Of a stretch of DNA of 64,000 nt, positions 16,144 to 26,425 are shown in pieces. The notes beneath the pieces are model-generated. The model was given only the letters and a program-made list of their open reading frames with translations. It did not search any database and was not told where the DNA came from. Source of the stretch: Gemmatimonadota bacterium. GTDB lineage: Bacteria > Gemmatimonadota > Gemmatimonadetes > Longimicrobiales > Gaopeijiaceae. How positions within the stretch are numbered: the first letter of the stretch is position 1; every line of letters begins with the position of its first letter. The stretch spans positions 64,001 through 128,000 of the forward strand of contig JBDHHQ010000013.1 of assembly GCA_039589315.1 (NCBI GenBank), read 5' to 3'. A program made the position numbers and the translations under genes.

Positions 16144-17760
16144 ATGACGGGAAACGCGCCGCACGCGGTGACCCTGGAAGTCTATCGCCACCAATTCTCG
16201 GCGCTGACCGAGGAGATGGGGGCCGCCCTGCGGAGGGCGTCGTTCTCGCCGAACATCAAGGAGCGCCGGGACTATTCCTGCGCGCTCTTTTCGCCGACGG
16301 GGCTGGCGGTGGCCATGGGCGACCACATGCCCGTTCACCTGGGCGCGATGCCCATGAGCGTGCAGGCGGCGCTCACGGAGCTGGGCGACCTCGGAGCTGG
16401 CGACGTGGCCTGTCTCAACGATCCCTTCCGCGGTGGCACCCACCTGCCGGACATCACCCTCATCGCACCCGTCCACGATGCTCGCCCCGCCGGAGGGAGC
16501 CTGCTCGGCTACGTCGCTTCGCGGGCGCACCACTCGGATGTGGGAGGCATGACGCCGGGTTCCATGCCTCTGGCCCGGGAGATCTTTCAGGAGGGGCTGC
16601 GAATCCCGCCGGTCCGGTTGCTCCAGGGAGGCCACCGCAACGAAGACCTCTGGCGGCTGATTCTGGCCAACGTTCGGACGCCGGAGGAACGGGCCGGCGA
16701 CCTCGACGCGCAGTTGGCGGCGTTGCACACGGGGCGCACGCGACTCCTCGAGATGGTATCTCGGAAGGGATCCGGGGAAGTACTCGCCGCCATGGAGGGT
16801 CTGATCGCCTACGCGGATCGGTTGCTGGGCCGAGGGATCGCCAGGATCCCCGAGGGCGTCTACGAGGGCCGCGACCAGATGGACGACGACGGGTTCGGGA
16901 GTGGCCCGGTTCCGATCCGGGTGCGCCTGACGGTGGCCGGCGAGCACCTCACGGTGGATTTCGGGGGATCCTCACCGCAGGTGCCCGGCGGCGTGAACGC
17001 GGTCGCGGCGATCACGGCCTCGGCCACCCGTTACGTGGTGCGGTGCATCGTTCAGGAGCTCCTGGGTGAGGCACTCCCGGCGGGCGGCGGGTCGATGCGG
17101 AACGTCACGCTCGACCTGCCGGAGTCCACGGTCGTGAACGCCTCCCTGCCGAGCTCGGTAGCGGCAGCCAACGTGGAGACCAGCCAGCGCATCACCGACG
17201 TGTTGATCCGGGCGTTCGCCGCGGCGCTGCCCGAGGTCCTCCCCGCCCTGTCGCAGGGCACCATGAACAACACCACTGTCGGCGGTCGGGACCCTCGAAC
17301 CGGCGAGCTTTTTGCCTACTACGAAACCGTCGGCGGCGGCATGGGGGCGGGGCCGGCGGGCCCTGGCCTGTCGGCGGTGCACACCCACATGTCCAACTCC
17401 CTGAACACGCCGGTGGAGGCCCTCGAGCACGCCTACCCGTTCCGTGTCACCCACTACTCCGTGCGCCGAGGGAGTGGGGGAGAAGGTCGACACCGGGGTG
17501 GAGACGGGTTGCGTCGCGACGTCATGCTGCTCACCGACGGGCAGGTCACCCTCCTGTCCGAGCGGCGCGTGCATCCGCCCGCGGGTGCCCTCGGCGGCGG
17601 CCCCGGTGCCGCGGGCCAGAACGTGTTGATCCGAGAGGGACGGGAGGAGCCGCTGCCGGGGAAGGTCACCTTCCAGGCTCGAGCCGGCGACGTGATCAGC
17701 GTGCGGTCGCCGGGAGGCGGGGGCTGGAAGGCGGGGAGCCCTGGATCCGGATCGGTGTAG
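16144..17760 (+). CDS. Hydantoinase B/oxoprolinase family protein
   Basis: SPNIKERRDYSCA, HMPVHLG, NDPFRGGTHLPD, AHHSDVGG, NTPVEALE. Confidence 0.94.
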   Translation: MTGNAPHAVTLEVYRHQFSALTEEMGAALRRASFSPNIKERRDYSCALFSPTGLAVAMGDHMPVHLGAMPMSVQAALTELGDLGAGDVACLNDPFRGGTHLPDITLIAPVHDARPAGGSLLGYVASRAHHSDVGGMTPGSMPLAREIFQEGLRIPPVRLLQGGHRNEDLWRLILANVRTPEERAGDLDAQLAALHTGRTRLLEMVSRKGSGEVLAAMEGLIAYADRLLGRGIARIPEGVYEGRDQMDDDGFGSGPVPIRVRLTVAGEHLTVDFGGSSPQVPGGVNAVAAITASATRYVVRCIVQELLGEALPAGGGSMRNVTLDLPESTVVNASLPSSVAAANVETSQRITDVLIRAFAAALPEVLPALSQGTMNNTTVGGRDPRTGELFAYYETVGGGMGAGPAGPGLSAVHTHMSNSLNTPVEALEHAYPFRVTHYSVRRGSGGEGRHRGGDGLRRDVMLLTDGQVTLLSERRVHPPAGALGGGPGAAGQNVLIREGREEPLPGKVTFQARAGDVISVRSPGGGGWKAGSPGSGSV

Positions 17761-17800
17761 CCATCCGCCCACGCACGAACTCGAATCAGGCGACGATCGC

Positions 17801-18220
17801 ATGCAGCTCCTTCTCTCCGTCCTGTGCGACGAGGCCCGTCCCGATGCCATGGGACGACTCGACATCAGCGGCATATTCAACGAGCTCTACGCTCCGGGGT
17901 TCCCGGCAAGACAGGATCAGATGGTCCTGGTGCTGGTCATCGAGTGGGACCGGGCCGATCAGGGTCGATTCCAGTTTCGTGCCGACCTGGTGGACCCGGC
18001 GGGGAAGCCCTGCCTGACCGTGAACGGCCACACCGACGTGGACGCTCGTGCCCCCGACCGTCCGCCACCCCAGACCCGCCTGATCATGCCGCTGGACGAG
18101 GTCGTCTTCCCGGAGCCGGGCCGCTACTCCGTTCGGATCCGCGTCAAGGGCCATGAGCTCCAGGGACCGCCCCTTCACCTTCTGGAGGCCTCGGCCTCCG
18201 GGCTGCCGGCCGACGCGTGA
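17801..18220 (+). CDS. Hypothetical beta-sandwich protein (DUF6941-like)
   Basis: LCDEA...GRLDISGIFNEL...FPEPGRYSV pattern, recognised from memory. Confidence 0.75.
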   Translation: MQLLLSVLCDEARPDAMGRLDISGIFNELYAPGFPARQDQMVLVLVIEWDRADQGRFQFRADLVDPAGKPCLTVNGHTDVDARAPDRPPPQTRLIMPLDEVVFPEPGRYSVRIRVKGHELQGPPLHLLEASASGLPADA

Positions 18221-18281
18221 GGACTCGCCGCCGGCGCCGCGCGCCAGGTCCCTTGCGACCGTTGAGAAGCTGGGCGATGCG

Positions 18282-19046
18282 ATGAGACCGCCGCCAGGCT
18301 TCGAGGTCGTCACCTTCGGGCCGGCGACCGTGTGGGTACGGCCGGAGGCGCGGGGCTGGACCGAGTCGGTCCTCGGCACCGCACCCACCCTCCACGCCGC
18401 AGGGGTCCGCCTCGGCCGTGGCCAGATGGCCGGCCGGGGCCCGGTCTATGAGGTCCCCACGCCCCTGGGCGTCTGGGTCATCCGCCACTTCATGCGAGGG
18501 GGCTCGGTCGCCTCGCTGCTGGGAGATCGATACGCGACCGCGGGCACGCCCCGCCCGTTCGCCGAGACGCACACCAGCGAGACGGTGCGGCTGCGGGGAA
18601 TCGACACGCCGAGGGTCGTCGCGGCGGCGGTGTACCGGGCCGGTCTCTGGTACCGTGGGGACCTGGTCACCGAGCTCGTTCCCGACGCCGAGGAGCTGGT
18701 GGACGTGCTCTTCGACGAGAGCCGAAGGGGGCTGGCCGGTTCAGTCGACAGGAAGGAGGCGCTCCAGGAGACCGGCGCATTGATTCACCGTATGGGCCAG
18801 GCGGGCGTGCACCACCCGGATCTCAACGCCAAGAACATCCTGCTCAGGTGGAGTGGCGGCGCGCCGGTAGGGCATGTCCTCGACCTGGACCGGGCCGCCG
18901 TAGGCTCCGGACAGGTCAGGGTAGGCGCCATGGTGCGACGGTTGCTCCGCTCCCTCCGCAAGTTCGAGCGCCGCACCGGCATGGCGATTACACCGGCCGA
19001 GAAGTCCCTGTTGGTGGACACTGCCCACGGGGAGCGGCACTCATGA
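18282..19046 (+). CDS. Lipopolysaccharide kinase, Kdo kinase (KdkA)/WaaP family
   Basis: RHFMRGG, RPFAE, HPDLNAKNIL catalytic loop, LDLDR. Confidence 0.88.
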   Translation: MRPPPGFEVVTFGPATVWVRPEARGWTESVLGTAPTLHAAGVRLGRGQMAGRGPVYEVPTPLGVWVIRHFMRGGSVASLLGDRYATAGTPRPFAETHTSETVRLRGIDTPRVVAAAVYRAGLWYRGDLVTELVPDAEELVDVLFDESRRGLAGSVDRKEALQETGALIHRMGQAGVHHPDLNAKNILLRWSGGAPVGHVLDLDRAAVGSGQVRVGAMVRRLLRSLRKFERRTGMAITPAEKSLLVDTAHGERHS

Positions 19047-20095
19047 GCGACCACGGCCGAACGCCCCCGCGGGAGATCTGCGTCGTCATGCTCAGCGCCA
19101 TCGGCGATGCGGTCCACGTCCTCCCGGTCGCCAACGCCCTCAAGAGAAGGTGGCCGGACAGCCGCATCACCTGGGTCATCCAACCGGTACCGCACCTCCT
19201 GGTCCGCGACCACCCGGCCATCGACGAGTTCGTGCTCTTCCGCCGTCGGAAGGGAGCGACGGCCTGGCAGAGCTACCGCGACCTGAGACGGCACTTCCGG
19301 GACCGCCGCTTCGATGTCCTCCTGGCTCTCCAGGTCTACTTCAAGGCCGGGTTGGTGACGGCCTTGATTCCGTCCGCTACGAAGCTGGGCTTCGACCGCG
19401 CCCGGGCCCGTGACCTCAACTGGCTCTTCACCAACGAGCGCATCCCACCGCACCCGGTGCAACACGTACAGGATCAGTACCTGGAGTTCGTCCGGCACCT
19501 CGGGGTGGATCCGTCGCCGGTGGAGTGGGCCCTCGGCCTCACCGCCGAGGAGCGGGAGGCGCAGCGCGACTTCTTCGCTGCGCTGGACCGACCGGCCTGC
19601 GCCGTCGTGGTCGGGACCAGCAAGGCGGAGAAGAACTGGCACGTGGATGGGTACGCCCGGGTCCTGGAGGAGCTCGAGTTCGGTCACGGGCTCCGCCCCG
19701 TGCTCGTGGGCGGACCTTCACCGGTGGAGCGCCAGCTCGCCGACGACATCCTGGCGGCGACCAACGCCACGCCGGTGGACACCCTCGGCGACGACGTGCG
19801 GCGATTGGTCTACATCCTGGACGGGAGCGTCCTGACCCTCAGTCCCGACACGGGCCCGCTCCACATCTCACGAGCGCTCGGAACGCCAGTGGTGGGCCTC
19901 TACGGGTACACCAACCCCAAACGGACCGGACCCTACCGGGCCTACACGGACCTGGTGGTCGACGGGTACGCCCGATCGCCCGACGAGGACTACCCGCCGT
20001 CCATGGAGTACCGCGACGGGATGAAGCGGGTGACCGTGGAAACCGTGCTGGAGAAGGTCTCGCTGGCCCTGGAGCGCTACGTTCGACCGGCCTGA
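19043..20095 (+). CDS. Glycosyltransferase family 9 (heptosyltransferase-like)
   Basis: LSAIGDAVH, DTGPLHI...GTPVVGLYG; ATGA overlap with the kinase gene. Confidence 0.92.
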   Translation: MSDHGRTPPREICVVMLSAIGDAVHVLPVANALKRRWPDSRITWVIQPVPHLLVRDHPAIDEFVLFRRRKGATAWQSYRDLRRHFRDRRFDVLLALQVYFKAGLVTALIPSATKLGFDRARARDLNWLFTNERIPPHPVQHVQDQYLEFVRHLGVDPSPVEWALGLTAEEREAQRDFFAALDRPACAVVVGTSKAEKNWHVDGYARVLEELEFGHGLRPVLVGGPSPVERQLADDILAATNATPVDTLGDDVRRLVYILDGSVLTLSPDTGPLHISRALGTPVVGLYGYTNPKRTGPYRAYTDLVVDGYARSPDEDYPPSMEYRDGMKRVTVETVLEKVSLALERYVRPA

Positions 20096-20156
20096 TCGCC
20101 GTCGGGCACCTACCCGTGGCTGTCAGGGCAGTCGGGACTGCGCTCGGAGTCCGGGT

Positions 20157-20978
20157 TCAGCGCGTACCGGCCCAGCGCGGAGGCCTGATGGGATCGGCTG
20201 CCTGGACGTTCCGCAGGTGCAGCGTGAGGGAGCCGGGGAAGTTGGGCACGTCGGCCTTCATGTAAACGACGTAGCGGTGGTCGTCGTCCGAAAAGTGGAT
20301 CTCGGCCTCCCCACCCTCTGACCACAGGCCGGACGACCGGATGATGGGCTGGACCACGATCGTGTTGAACGTCCCGGCCGGCACTTCTCTGACGTCCTTC
20401 CTGAGCACCCGGAGCACGACCGGGTTGCCGGCCTCCTCGAAGTACCGGTGGAAAGTGTACTCCTTCCCCACTTCCAGGGGCAGGGACCGAGCGAAGTAGA
20501 TGAAGGAGATGTCGTCCAGCGGCAACGACGTGGGCAACGTGCCCTCTTCCTCGACGTCAGCCCGCTCGAAGCGACGCTCCTCCGGGTACAGCTCGAAGTG
20601 CTGGAACTTCTTGTACGAAGCTTCTTGCTGATCTTTGATGAACCGGCGCGATACGAGATTCCGGATGTCGATCCATGACTCGAAGTTGTCGTTCACCCTG
20701 GCCAGGGGAATCCCGCCGCCCAGGTTCATGCGGACGTGGTACGTCGGATTCCCCCGCACGGAGTCGATGGACATCACGTCGAGGCGGCCGGAGCCTACGC
20801 TGAACATCCCGAGCTTGACCTGGTACTCCAGGGCCTCTCCGGGACCGAAGGGAACCGGTGCCGCATTGGGGTAGTCATCCACCAGATGGTGATCCCCCCC
20901 GTTCTGTGCCGACGCCTCCACGGCGGCACCACCCGCCATGAGGGCCGCCAGCGCCCATGCTAACGCCCGGGTTGTCAT
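20157..20978 (-). CDS. DUF3108-domain secreted protein
   Basis: Signal peptide; PFGPGEALEY; VPAGTFNT motif; ATGA overlap with GT2. Confidence 0.8.
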   Translation of the reverse strand: MTTRALAWALAALMAGGAAVEASAQNGGDHHLVDDYPNAAPVPFGPGEALEYQVKLGMFSVGSGRLDVMSIDSVRGNPTYHVRMNLGGGIPLARVNDNFESWIDIRNLVSRRFIKDQQEASYKKFQHFELYPEERRFERADVEEEGTLPTSLPLDDISFIYFARSLPLEVGKEYTFHRYFEEAGNPVVLRVLRKDVREVPAGTFNTIVVQPIIRSSGLWSEGGEAEIHFSDDDHRYVVYMKADVPNFPGSLTLHLRNVQAADPIRPPRWAGTR

Positions 20979-21724
20979 GCCGTTTCCTCCAGACCCTTCC
21001 ACATACCTCGCCCACCCACGCGGTACAGATCCCTGAAGGTCTGTATCGGTCGGAAACGTGAATCACGGGAGCGCCGGTCGAACCTCAGATCCAGAGACGT
21101 CTCCTCGATGCGTCGCGCGTGCGGCGCGACGACGCTCAGCAACTCCAGGTTGGCTGCCCACCCCGGTGCGGCCAGGAGTGGTCGATCGCCGGCGTGCCGG
21201 AGTGCCTTCTTCAGCACGATCACTCGGTAGGCCCGGAACCCGCACAGGGGGTCCGATACCGGGGCCGCCCGCATCGTCCCACTCATGAGCACCGCCGCTG
21301 CCCACCGGGTGAGACGTAGCGAGCGGGGGTGGTGGCGGGGGTCCGGGGTCACCGCACCCGCCACGATGTCGGCGCCACCCTCCAGGGTCTTCACCAGCGG
21401 GATGATGTGCTCGGGACTCTCGGTGAAGTCCCCCTGAAGCGTCACGACCGAGTCCCGCTTCGGGTACCGAGCCATGGCGACGGCCTCGCGGAGCAACCGC
21501 TCGACAGCCCGGTGGTGGCCCGTACGGACGTCCTCTCGAAACACGCTCAGCGGCAGGGTCTTGGCGTAGCGAGCCAGAGCGTCGGCGGTCCCGTCGGTGG
21601 ACGCGTCGTCCAGCACCAGGATCCGATAGCCCCGCCCGAAGTCCGCCATGACCTTGCGGATCTTCCAGAGGAGCACGCCGATGGTGCGCTCCTCGTTGTG
21701 GGCCGGAATGCAGATGTGAATCAC
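20975..21724 (-). CDS. Glycosyltransferase family 2
   Basis: IPAHNEE, VLDDASTDGT, DPLCGFRAY. Confidence 0.9.
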   Translation of the reverse strand: MIHICIPAHNEERTIGVLLWKIRKVMADFGRGYRILVLDDASTDGTADALARYAKTLPLSVFREDVRTGHHRAVERLLREAVAMARYPKRDSVVTLQGDFTESPEHIIPLVKTLEGGADIVAGAVTPDPRHHPRSLRLTRWAAAVLMSGTMRAAPVSDPLCGFRAYRVIVLKKALRHAGDRPLLAAPGWAANLELLSVVAPHARRIEETSLDLRFDRRSRDSRFRPIQTFRDLYRVGGRGMWKGLEETA

Positions 21725-21789
21725 CGACGCGCCGCCATCCAGGGTGAACCGTCTATGCCGCCTGCCGCCGGGGGGCGGCGTGGTACTCG

Positions 21790-22779
21790 CTAGCCCGCTT
21801 CATTCCGAGCTCGCTCCCTGCTGCCTTCGACTTGTAGTACATCGCCCCCCGGGGCGGGTTCCTCGCTGGCCGCCGGAAGCAGCGGCCGCGACGGTGGCGT
21901 GGACTTCCAGCGGCGGTGGTGCCAGAAGTACTGCTCCGGGTGCTCCCGGATCCGTGCCTCGAGCTTCTCGGTGTACGCGGCCACGGTCGCCCGCACGTCG
22001 CTATCGCGGTCTCCCGTGGCCACCACCGGGATCCGGTCCAGATGGACCGTGTAGCGCTGCGGGAATCCCCGTTCCCGGACGCTCACCCCGAGAAACAGCG
22101 GCGCTCCGGTCCGGAGCGCGAACAGAGCCGGACCCCTGGCGGTGGAGGCGGCGTGCCCCAGGAAGTCCAGGAAGAGCCCACTCCCGCCGGCATCCTGGTC
22201 GGCCACGAGGGCCACGACCCGTCCGCGCCGCAGGGACCGGAGGACACCCGAGCGGGCCTGGGCCTGCGGGATGACCTGCATGCCCAGGGCGCCGCGCGTC
22301 TTGGTCAGGGCGTCGTCGAAGAGGCGATTCCGCTGTCCCCGCACCACCACGTCCAGCGGGACGCCCCTGGACGCCACGGCCGCGCCCCCGATCTCCCAGT
22401 TCCCCATGTGGCCCGTCACGACGATCACACCCTCCCCGTCGGCGTGGGCCTCGGTGAGATCGCCGAACCCCCGCACCTCGGTACAGTTCGCGATGACCTG
22501 GGCGCCGGAGCGGGACAGGCGAACCGTGGCCACCGCCTCCCTGCCGAAGTGGCGATGGCAACGGCGTGCCACGCCCGTCCGCCACGCGAGCGAGCGGTCG
22601 GGGAAAGCCCTGCGCAGGTTGGCGTCGATGACGTGACGACGGATCCCGATCACGGCGCCGGCGAACCACCCGAGGCCCTCGCCCAAGCGCAGGGCGACGG
22701 CCTCGGGCAGCAGGCTCAGGGCAGAGCCGAAGACCCGATACGCTAGGTATTCCAGGCGGTCCTTCGGGCGGTGTGCCGT
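21790..22779 (-). CDS. Lipid A late acyltransferase (LpxL/HtrB family)
   Basis: GHMGNWE, VADQD, PEQYFWHHRRWK. The frame continues upstream of the track start (22686) through RLEYLAYR; probable start ACG at 22779. Confidence 0.88.
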   Translation of the reverse strand, partial: TAHRPKDRLEYLAYRVFGSALSLLPEAVALRLGEGLGWFAGAVIGIRRHVIDANLRRAFPDRSLAWRTGVARRCHRHFGREAVATVRLSRSGAQVIANCTEVRGFGDLTEAHADGEGVIVVTGHMGNWEIGGAAVASRGVPLDVVVRGQRNRLFDDALTKTRGALGMQVIPQAQARSGVLRSLRRGRVVALVADQDAGGSGLFLDFLGHAASTARGPALFALRTGAPLFLGVSVRERGFPQRYTVHLDRIPVVATGDRDSDVRATVAAYTEKLEARIREHPEQYFWHHRRWKSTPPSRPLLPAASEEPAPGGDVLQVEGSRERARNEAG

Positions 22780-22781
22780 GG

Positions 22782-24698
22782 CTACCTCCCTGACGTACCG
22801 GTGCCTTCCGCAGCGCCCTCGCGCACCAGGCGATCTTCCGCGGAGACCTGGGGTGCGGCCGCCTCCGCTGAACGCTCGGCCTCGTCCCGGAACTGCAGCT
22901 CGTACAGGCGCCGATAGACGCCGGCCGCGCGCAGGAGCTCGAAGTGGCTGCCCCGCTCGACGATCCGCCCGTCCTCCATCACCAGGATCTGGTCTGCCCG
23001 CTGCACCGTGGACAGTCGGTGCGCGATGACGAACACGGTGCGTCCCTGGAGCAGACGCTCGATTGCGTCCTGGACGAGGCGCTCGGACTCCGTGTCCAGC
23101 GAGCTGGTGGCCTCGTCGAAGATCAGGATCGGCGGATCTCTCAGGATGGCCCGGGCAATCGCGAGCCTCTGACGCTGTCCACCGGAGAGCTCCGTGCCCC
23201 GCTCCCCCACCAGTGTGTCGTACCCGTGGGGCATTGCCTCGACGAACTCGTGAGCATGAGCCGCCTTGGCCGCCGCCACGACATCGGCCAACTCCGCCCC
23301 AGGCGTGCCGTAGGCGATGTTGGCGCGAACCGTGTCGTGGAACAGAACGGTCTCCTGCGAGACCACGCCCATGGCGGCACGCAGGCTCCGGACCGAATAG
23401 TCCCGAATGTCGTGTCCGTTGGCCGCGATGCGTCCCTCCGTGACGTCGTAGAACCGGGCCAGGAGGTCGACGACGGTGGTCTTGCCGGCGCCGCTCGGCC
23501 CCACCAAGGCCACCACGGACCCATGAGGGACCCGGAAGGACACGTCCCGGATGACCGGCTGTCCCTCGCGGTACTGGAACCGAACGTTCTCGAAGGTGAT
23601 CTCGGTCTCCAGGCCGGGAAACGCGACGGCGCCGGGGCGGTCGCGGATCTCGATGGGCGCGTCGAGGAACTCGAAGACGCGTTCGCCGCCGGCCAGGCCC
23701 GGCTGAACCGTGGTGGGGAACTTGCTCACGAACTTGACCGGCGAATACAGCTTGAGGCTGAGCCCGAGGAACACGATGAAGGCCTCTCCCGTGAGCTCGT
23801 GGTGCACGAGGACCAGCCGGGTCCCGTACCAGAGCAGGATGACGGTGCCCAACGCGGTCAGCATCTCGGTGAGGGGCGAGGCCAGCGCCCGAAGCCGCTC
23901 GGTAGCGACGAAGGTGCGGAAGTAGTCACCGGTCAGGCCGTTGAACCGAGAGCGTTCCTGCTCTTCGGCTGCCGACGCCTTGACCAGACGGATCCCCGTG
24001 AGGGTCTCCTGCAGGTGGGTGTTGATATCCCCAGCTAGATCGAGGACCCGGCGGTCGCCCCGGCGCAGCCGCTTGAGCAGGGGACCCCACATGGCCATGG
24101 TGGCGGGCACCACCACGAACGCCGCCAAGGTGAGCTTGGCGGAGATCATGATCATGAGGATGAACGCCCCGAGGAACTCGAAGAGGGCGGAGAGCAGCTT
24201 GGTCGCCTCACGAGTGACGAGCTGTCTCAGCTGTTCCACGTCGTGGGTGAGCCGCGAGATGATCTGCCCCGTGCGCGTCCGCCCGAAGAACCCCAGATCC
24301 AGCTCCAGGAGGTGATCGTAGACTTCGTTCCGCAGGTCCCGGGTGACCCCCTGCTCGACGCGGGCGGCCAGGTAGCTCCGGAGGAACAGGAAGACGTTCT
24401 TGAGCGCGAACACGGCGAGGATGAAGAAGATGATCCCCCGGATCGCCTCTTCCGGGCTCCCGTCCAGATCCACCACGCGTCCCACGGTCTGATCCAGAAT
24501 GCGGTCGAGCATCCCGGTGGAGGGCGCGGCCGCACCAACGGCCTCGCCCTGCCGCTGAAACAGGGTCTGGAGGAACGGGATGAGCAGGGCGATGGAGAAG
24601 GCGTCCAGCGCCGCGAACGCGATCATGGCGCCCATGGTGGCCATGAGGACGCCCTTGTGCCCCTTCAGGTAGCCGAGGATCCTGAGGTAGAGGGACAC
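22782..24698 (-). CDS. msbA: MsbA-like lipid A export ABC transporter (TMD + NBD)
   Basis: TM domain, GPSGAGKT, LSGGQRQR, IFDEATS, IAHRLST; LPS gene context. Confidence 0.85.
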   Translation of the reverse strand: MSLYLRILGYLKGHKGVLMATMGAMIAFAALDAFSIALLIPFLQTLFQRQGEAVGAAAPSTGMLDRILDQTVGRVVDLDGSPEEAIRGIIFFILAVFALKNVFLFLRSYLAARVEQGVTRDLRNEVYDHLLELDLGFFGRTRTGQIISRLTHDVEQLRQLVTREATKLLSALFEFLGAFILMIMISAKLTLAAFVVVPATMAMWGPLLKRLRRGDRRVLDLAGDINTHLQETLTGIRLVKASAAEEQERSRFNGLTGDYFRTFVATERLRALASPLTEMLTALGTVILLWYGTRLVLVHHELTGEAFIVFLGLSLKLYSPVKFVSKFPTTVQPGLAGGERVFEFLDAPIEIRDRPGAVAFPGLETEITFENVRFQYREGQPVIRDVSFRVPHGSVVALVGPSGAGKTTVVDLLARFYDVTEGRIAANGHDIRDYSVRSLRAAMGVVSQETVLFHDTVRANIAYGTPGAELADVVAAAKAAHAHEFVEAMPHGYDTLVGERGTELSGGQRQRLAIARAILRDPPILIFDEATSSLDTESERLVQDAIERLLQGRTVFVIAHRLSTVQRADQILVMEDGRIVERGSHFELLRAAGVYRRLYELQFRDEAERSAEAAAPQVSAEDRLVREGAAEGTGTSGR

Positions 24699-24700
24699 GT

Positions 24701-26266
24701 TCAGCGCCGCCGTGGCGTGAGCAGGGAGATGGGGACGATCATCTCCTCCGGAGAGATCCCGCCGTGGAGAAAGGAGTTCCGGTACCGGGCCTGGTACTCC
24801 CGTAGCTTCGTCGGATAGACGAGGAAGTGGTCCTCCAGTGCCAGCACGAAGGTCGTGCCCAGGCGTCCCCGGGGAAGCCGGAGGTCCATCGCGTCCTTGG
24901 TGGTCAGGACGGCCGAGGTGTTCTCCGTTCTCAGGTCTCCGCCGATCTTGTAGCGGAGGTTGGCTGTGGCGTCCTTGCGGGCGTAGATCGTGGCGGGCCG
25001 CTGGCACAGGATGGAGCCGTGATCGGTGGTCAGCACGACACGGTATCCGGAGGCGGCCGCTTCACGGAGCACCTTGTACGCCGTCGACCGTTCGAACCAG
25101 GACCGGGTCACGTCCCGGAGCGCCGCTTCGTCCTTCGCCACTTCCATCAATATCGGGGACTCGCTTCGGCCGTGCGTCATGAGGTCCACGAAGTTGAAGA
25201 CCAGGGCGAACAGCGAAGCCTGACCCAACGCCGACCGGATCCGGGCCCGCACCAGCTCCGAGTCTCGATCGCTGAAGATCTTCTCGTAGTGGATCGGCAC
25301 CCGTTCGCCCGTCAGGCGTTGCAGCTGCTCCAACAGCAGCTCGGGCTCGTGTGCGTTCAGGCTCCCCTCGTCATCGGAGTCGCTCCACCACTGCGGATGA
25401 TGCCGCTTGATCTCGTCCGGGTAGTAGCCGCTGAAGATGGCGTTCCGCGCGTAGGGTGTCGCAGTGGGAAGGATGGAGTAGTAGAGGGACTCCTCGATGT
25501 CGAAGTACGGAGCCAGCGATGGGGCCAGCACCCGCCACTGGTCCAGCCGCATGCAGTCGAGGATCACCAGGAATACCGGCTCCTTTCCCAGGAGCGGCAG
25601 CACTGACTCCTGGATCACGTCCACCGACAGCATCGGGCGCTCCTCGGCGCCCCGGACCCACCGGGGATAGTGCTCCTCGACCCACTCGCCGAAGTCCCGA
25701 CGTAGATCGGTGAGCATCGCGGTAACCGTATCCAGCAAGCCCGATTCACCGGCCGCCTCGAGACGGATGTGCCAGTCCACTATCTCGGCGTATACGCTGG
25801 CGAATCCCTCGGGGGTATCGGCTTCTTCGCGCAACATCGACAGGCGGCTGAAGCGAGCCGCGAAGTCCTGGGCTACCTGTTGCTGACGGATCGACGAGCC
25901 CTCGAGGATACGCGTCACCACGGACAGCACCTGACGGGGGCTCGTGGGCTTGACCAGGTAGTCATCGACCCGCCGTCCGATGGCCTCGGTCATGGTCCGG
26001 TCCTCCTCGGACTTCGTGACCATCACAACGCGGGTATGCGGATCCGACCGGCGCAACTCCTCCAGCACGTCGAGTCCCCGCCGGCCAGGCATCTGCTCGT
26101 CCAGCAACACGAGGTCGTACGGGTGCTCCCGCAGAAGTGCCAGGGCGTCGTCACCGTTGGGAATGGCGTCGACGTGGTAGCCCCGGCTCTGCAGGAAGAG
26201 CAGGTGCGGGCGGAGCAGGTCTATCTCGTCGTCGACCCACAGGATGCGCTTGGATCCGATATGCAT
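24701..26266 (-). CDS. PorX-like response regulator with PglZ/alkaline-phosphatase domain
   Basis: Receiver (WVDDE, LLDEQMPG, KP) plus LDCMR, LPTATPYARNAIFSG, TTDHG and HGG. Confidence 0.92.
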   Translation of the reverse strand: MHIGSKRILWVDDEIDLLRPHLLFLQSRGYHVDAIPNGDDALALLREHPYDLVLLDEQMPGRRGLDVLEELRRSDPHTRVVMVTKSEEDRTMTEAIGRRVDDYLVKPTSPRQVLSVVTRILEGSSIRQQQVAQDFAARFSRLSMLREEADTPEGFASVYAEIVDWHIRLEAAGESGLLDTVTAMLTDLRRDFGEWVEEHYPRWVRGAEERPMLSVDVIQESVLPLLGKEPVFLVILDCMRLDQWRVLAPSLAPYFDIEESLYYSILPTATPYARNAIFSGYYPDEIKRHHPQWWSDSDDEGSLNAHEPELLLEQLQRLTGERVPIHYEKIFSDRDSELVRARIRSALGQASLFALVFNFVDLMTHGRSESPILMEVAKDEAALRDVTRSWFERSTAYKVLREAAASGYRVVLTTDHGSILCQRPATIYARKDATANLRYKIGGDLRTENTSAVLTTKDAMDLRLPRGRLGTTFVLALEDHFLVYPTKLREYQARYRNSFLHGGISPEEMIVPISLLTPRRR

Positions 26267-26425
26267 GGAAGGAAGCTAAACCCTTCGAGGATGCCGGTCG
26301 ACGCCGGCTCCGGCTGGGCGGGTCTTGCCAGCGGGCCCCGCAAGCGTTGGATTGATGGTCAGACGACACGCTACGTTTCGCACGGCCCAGGACACTGACG
26401 ACACCACGCGAGCTCGGAGGCCGCT

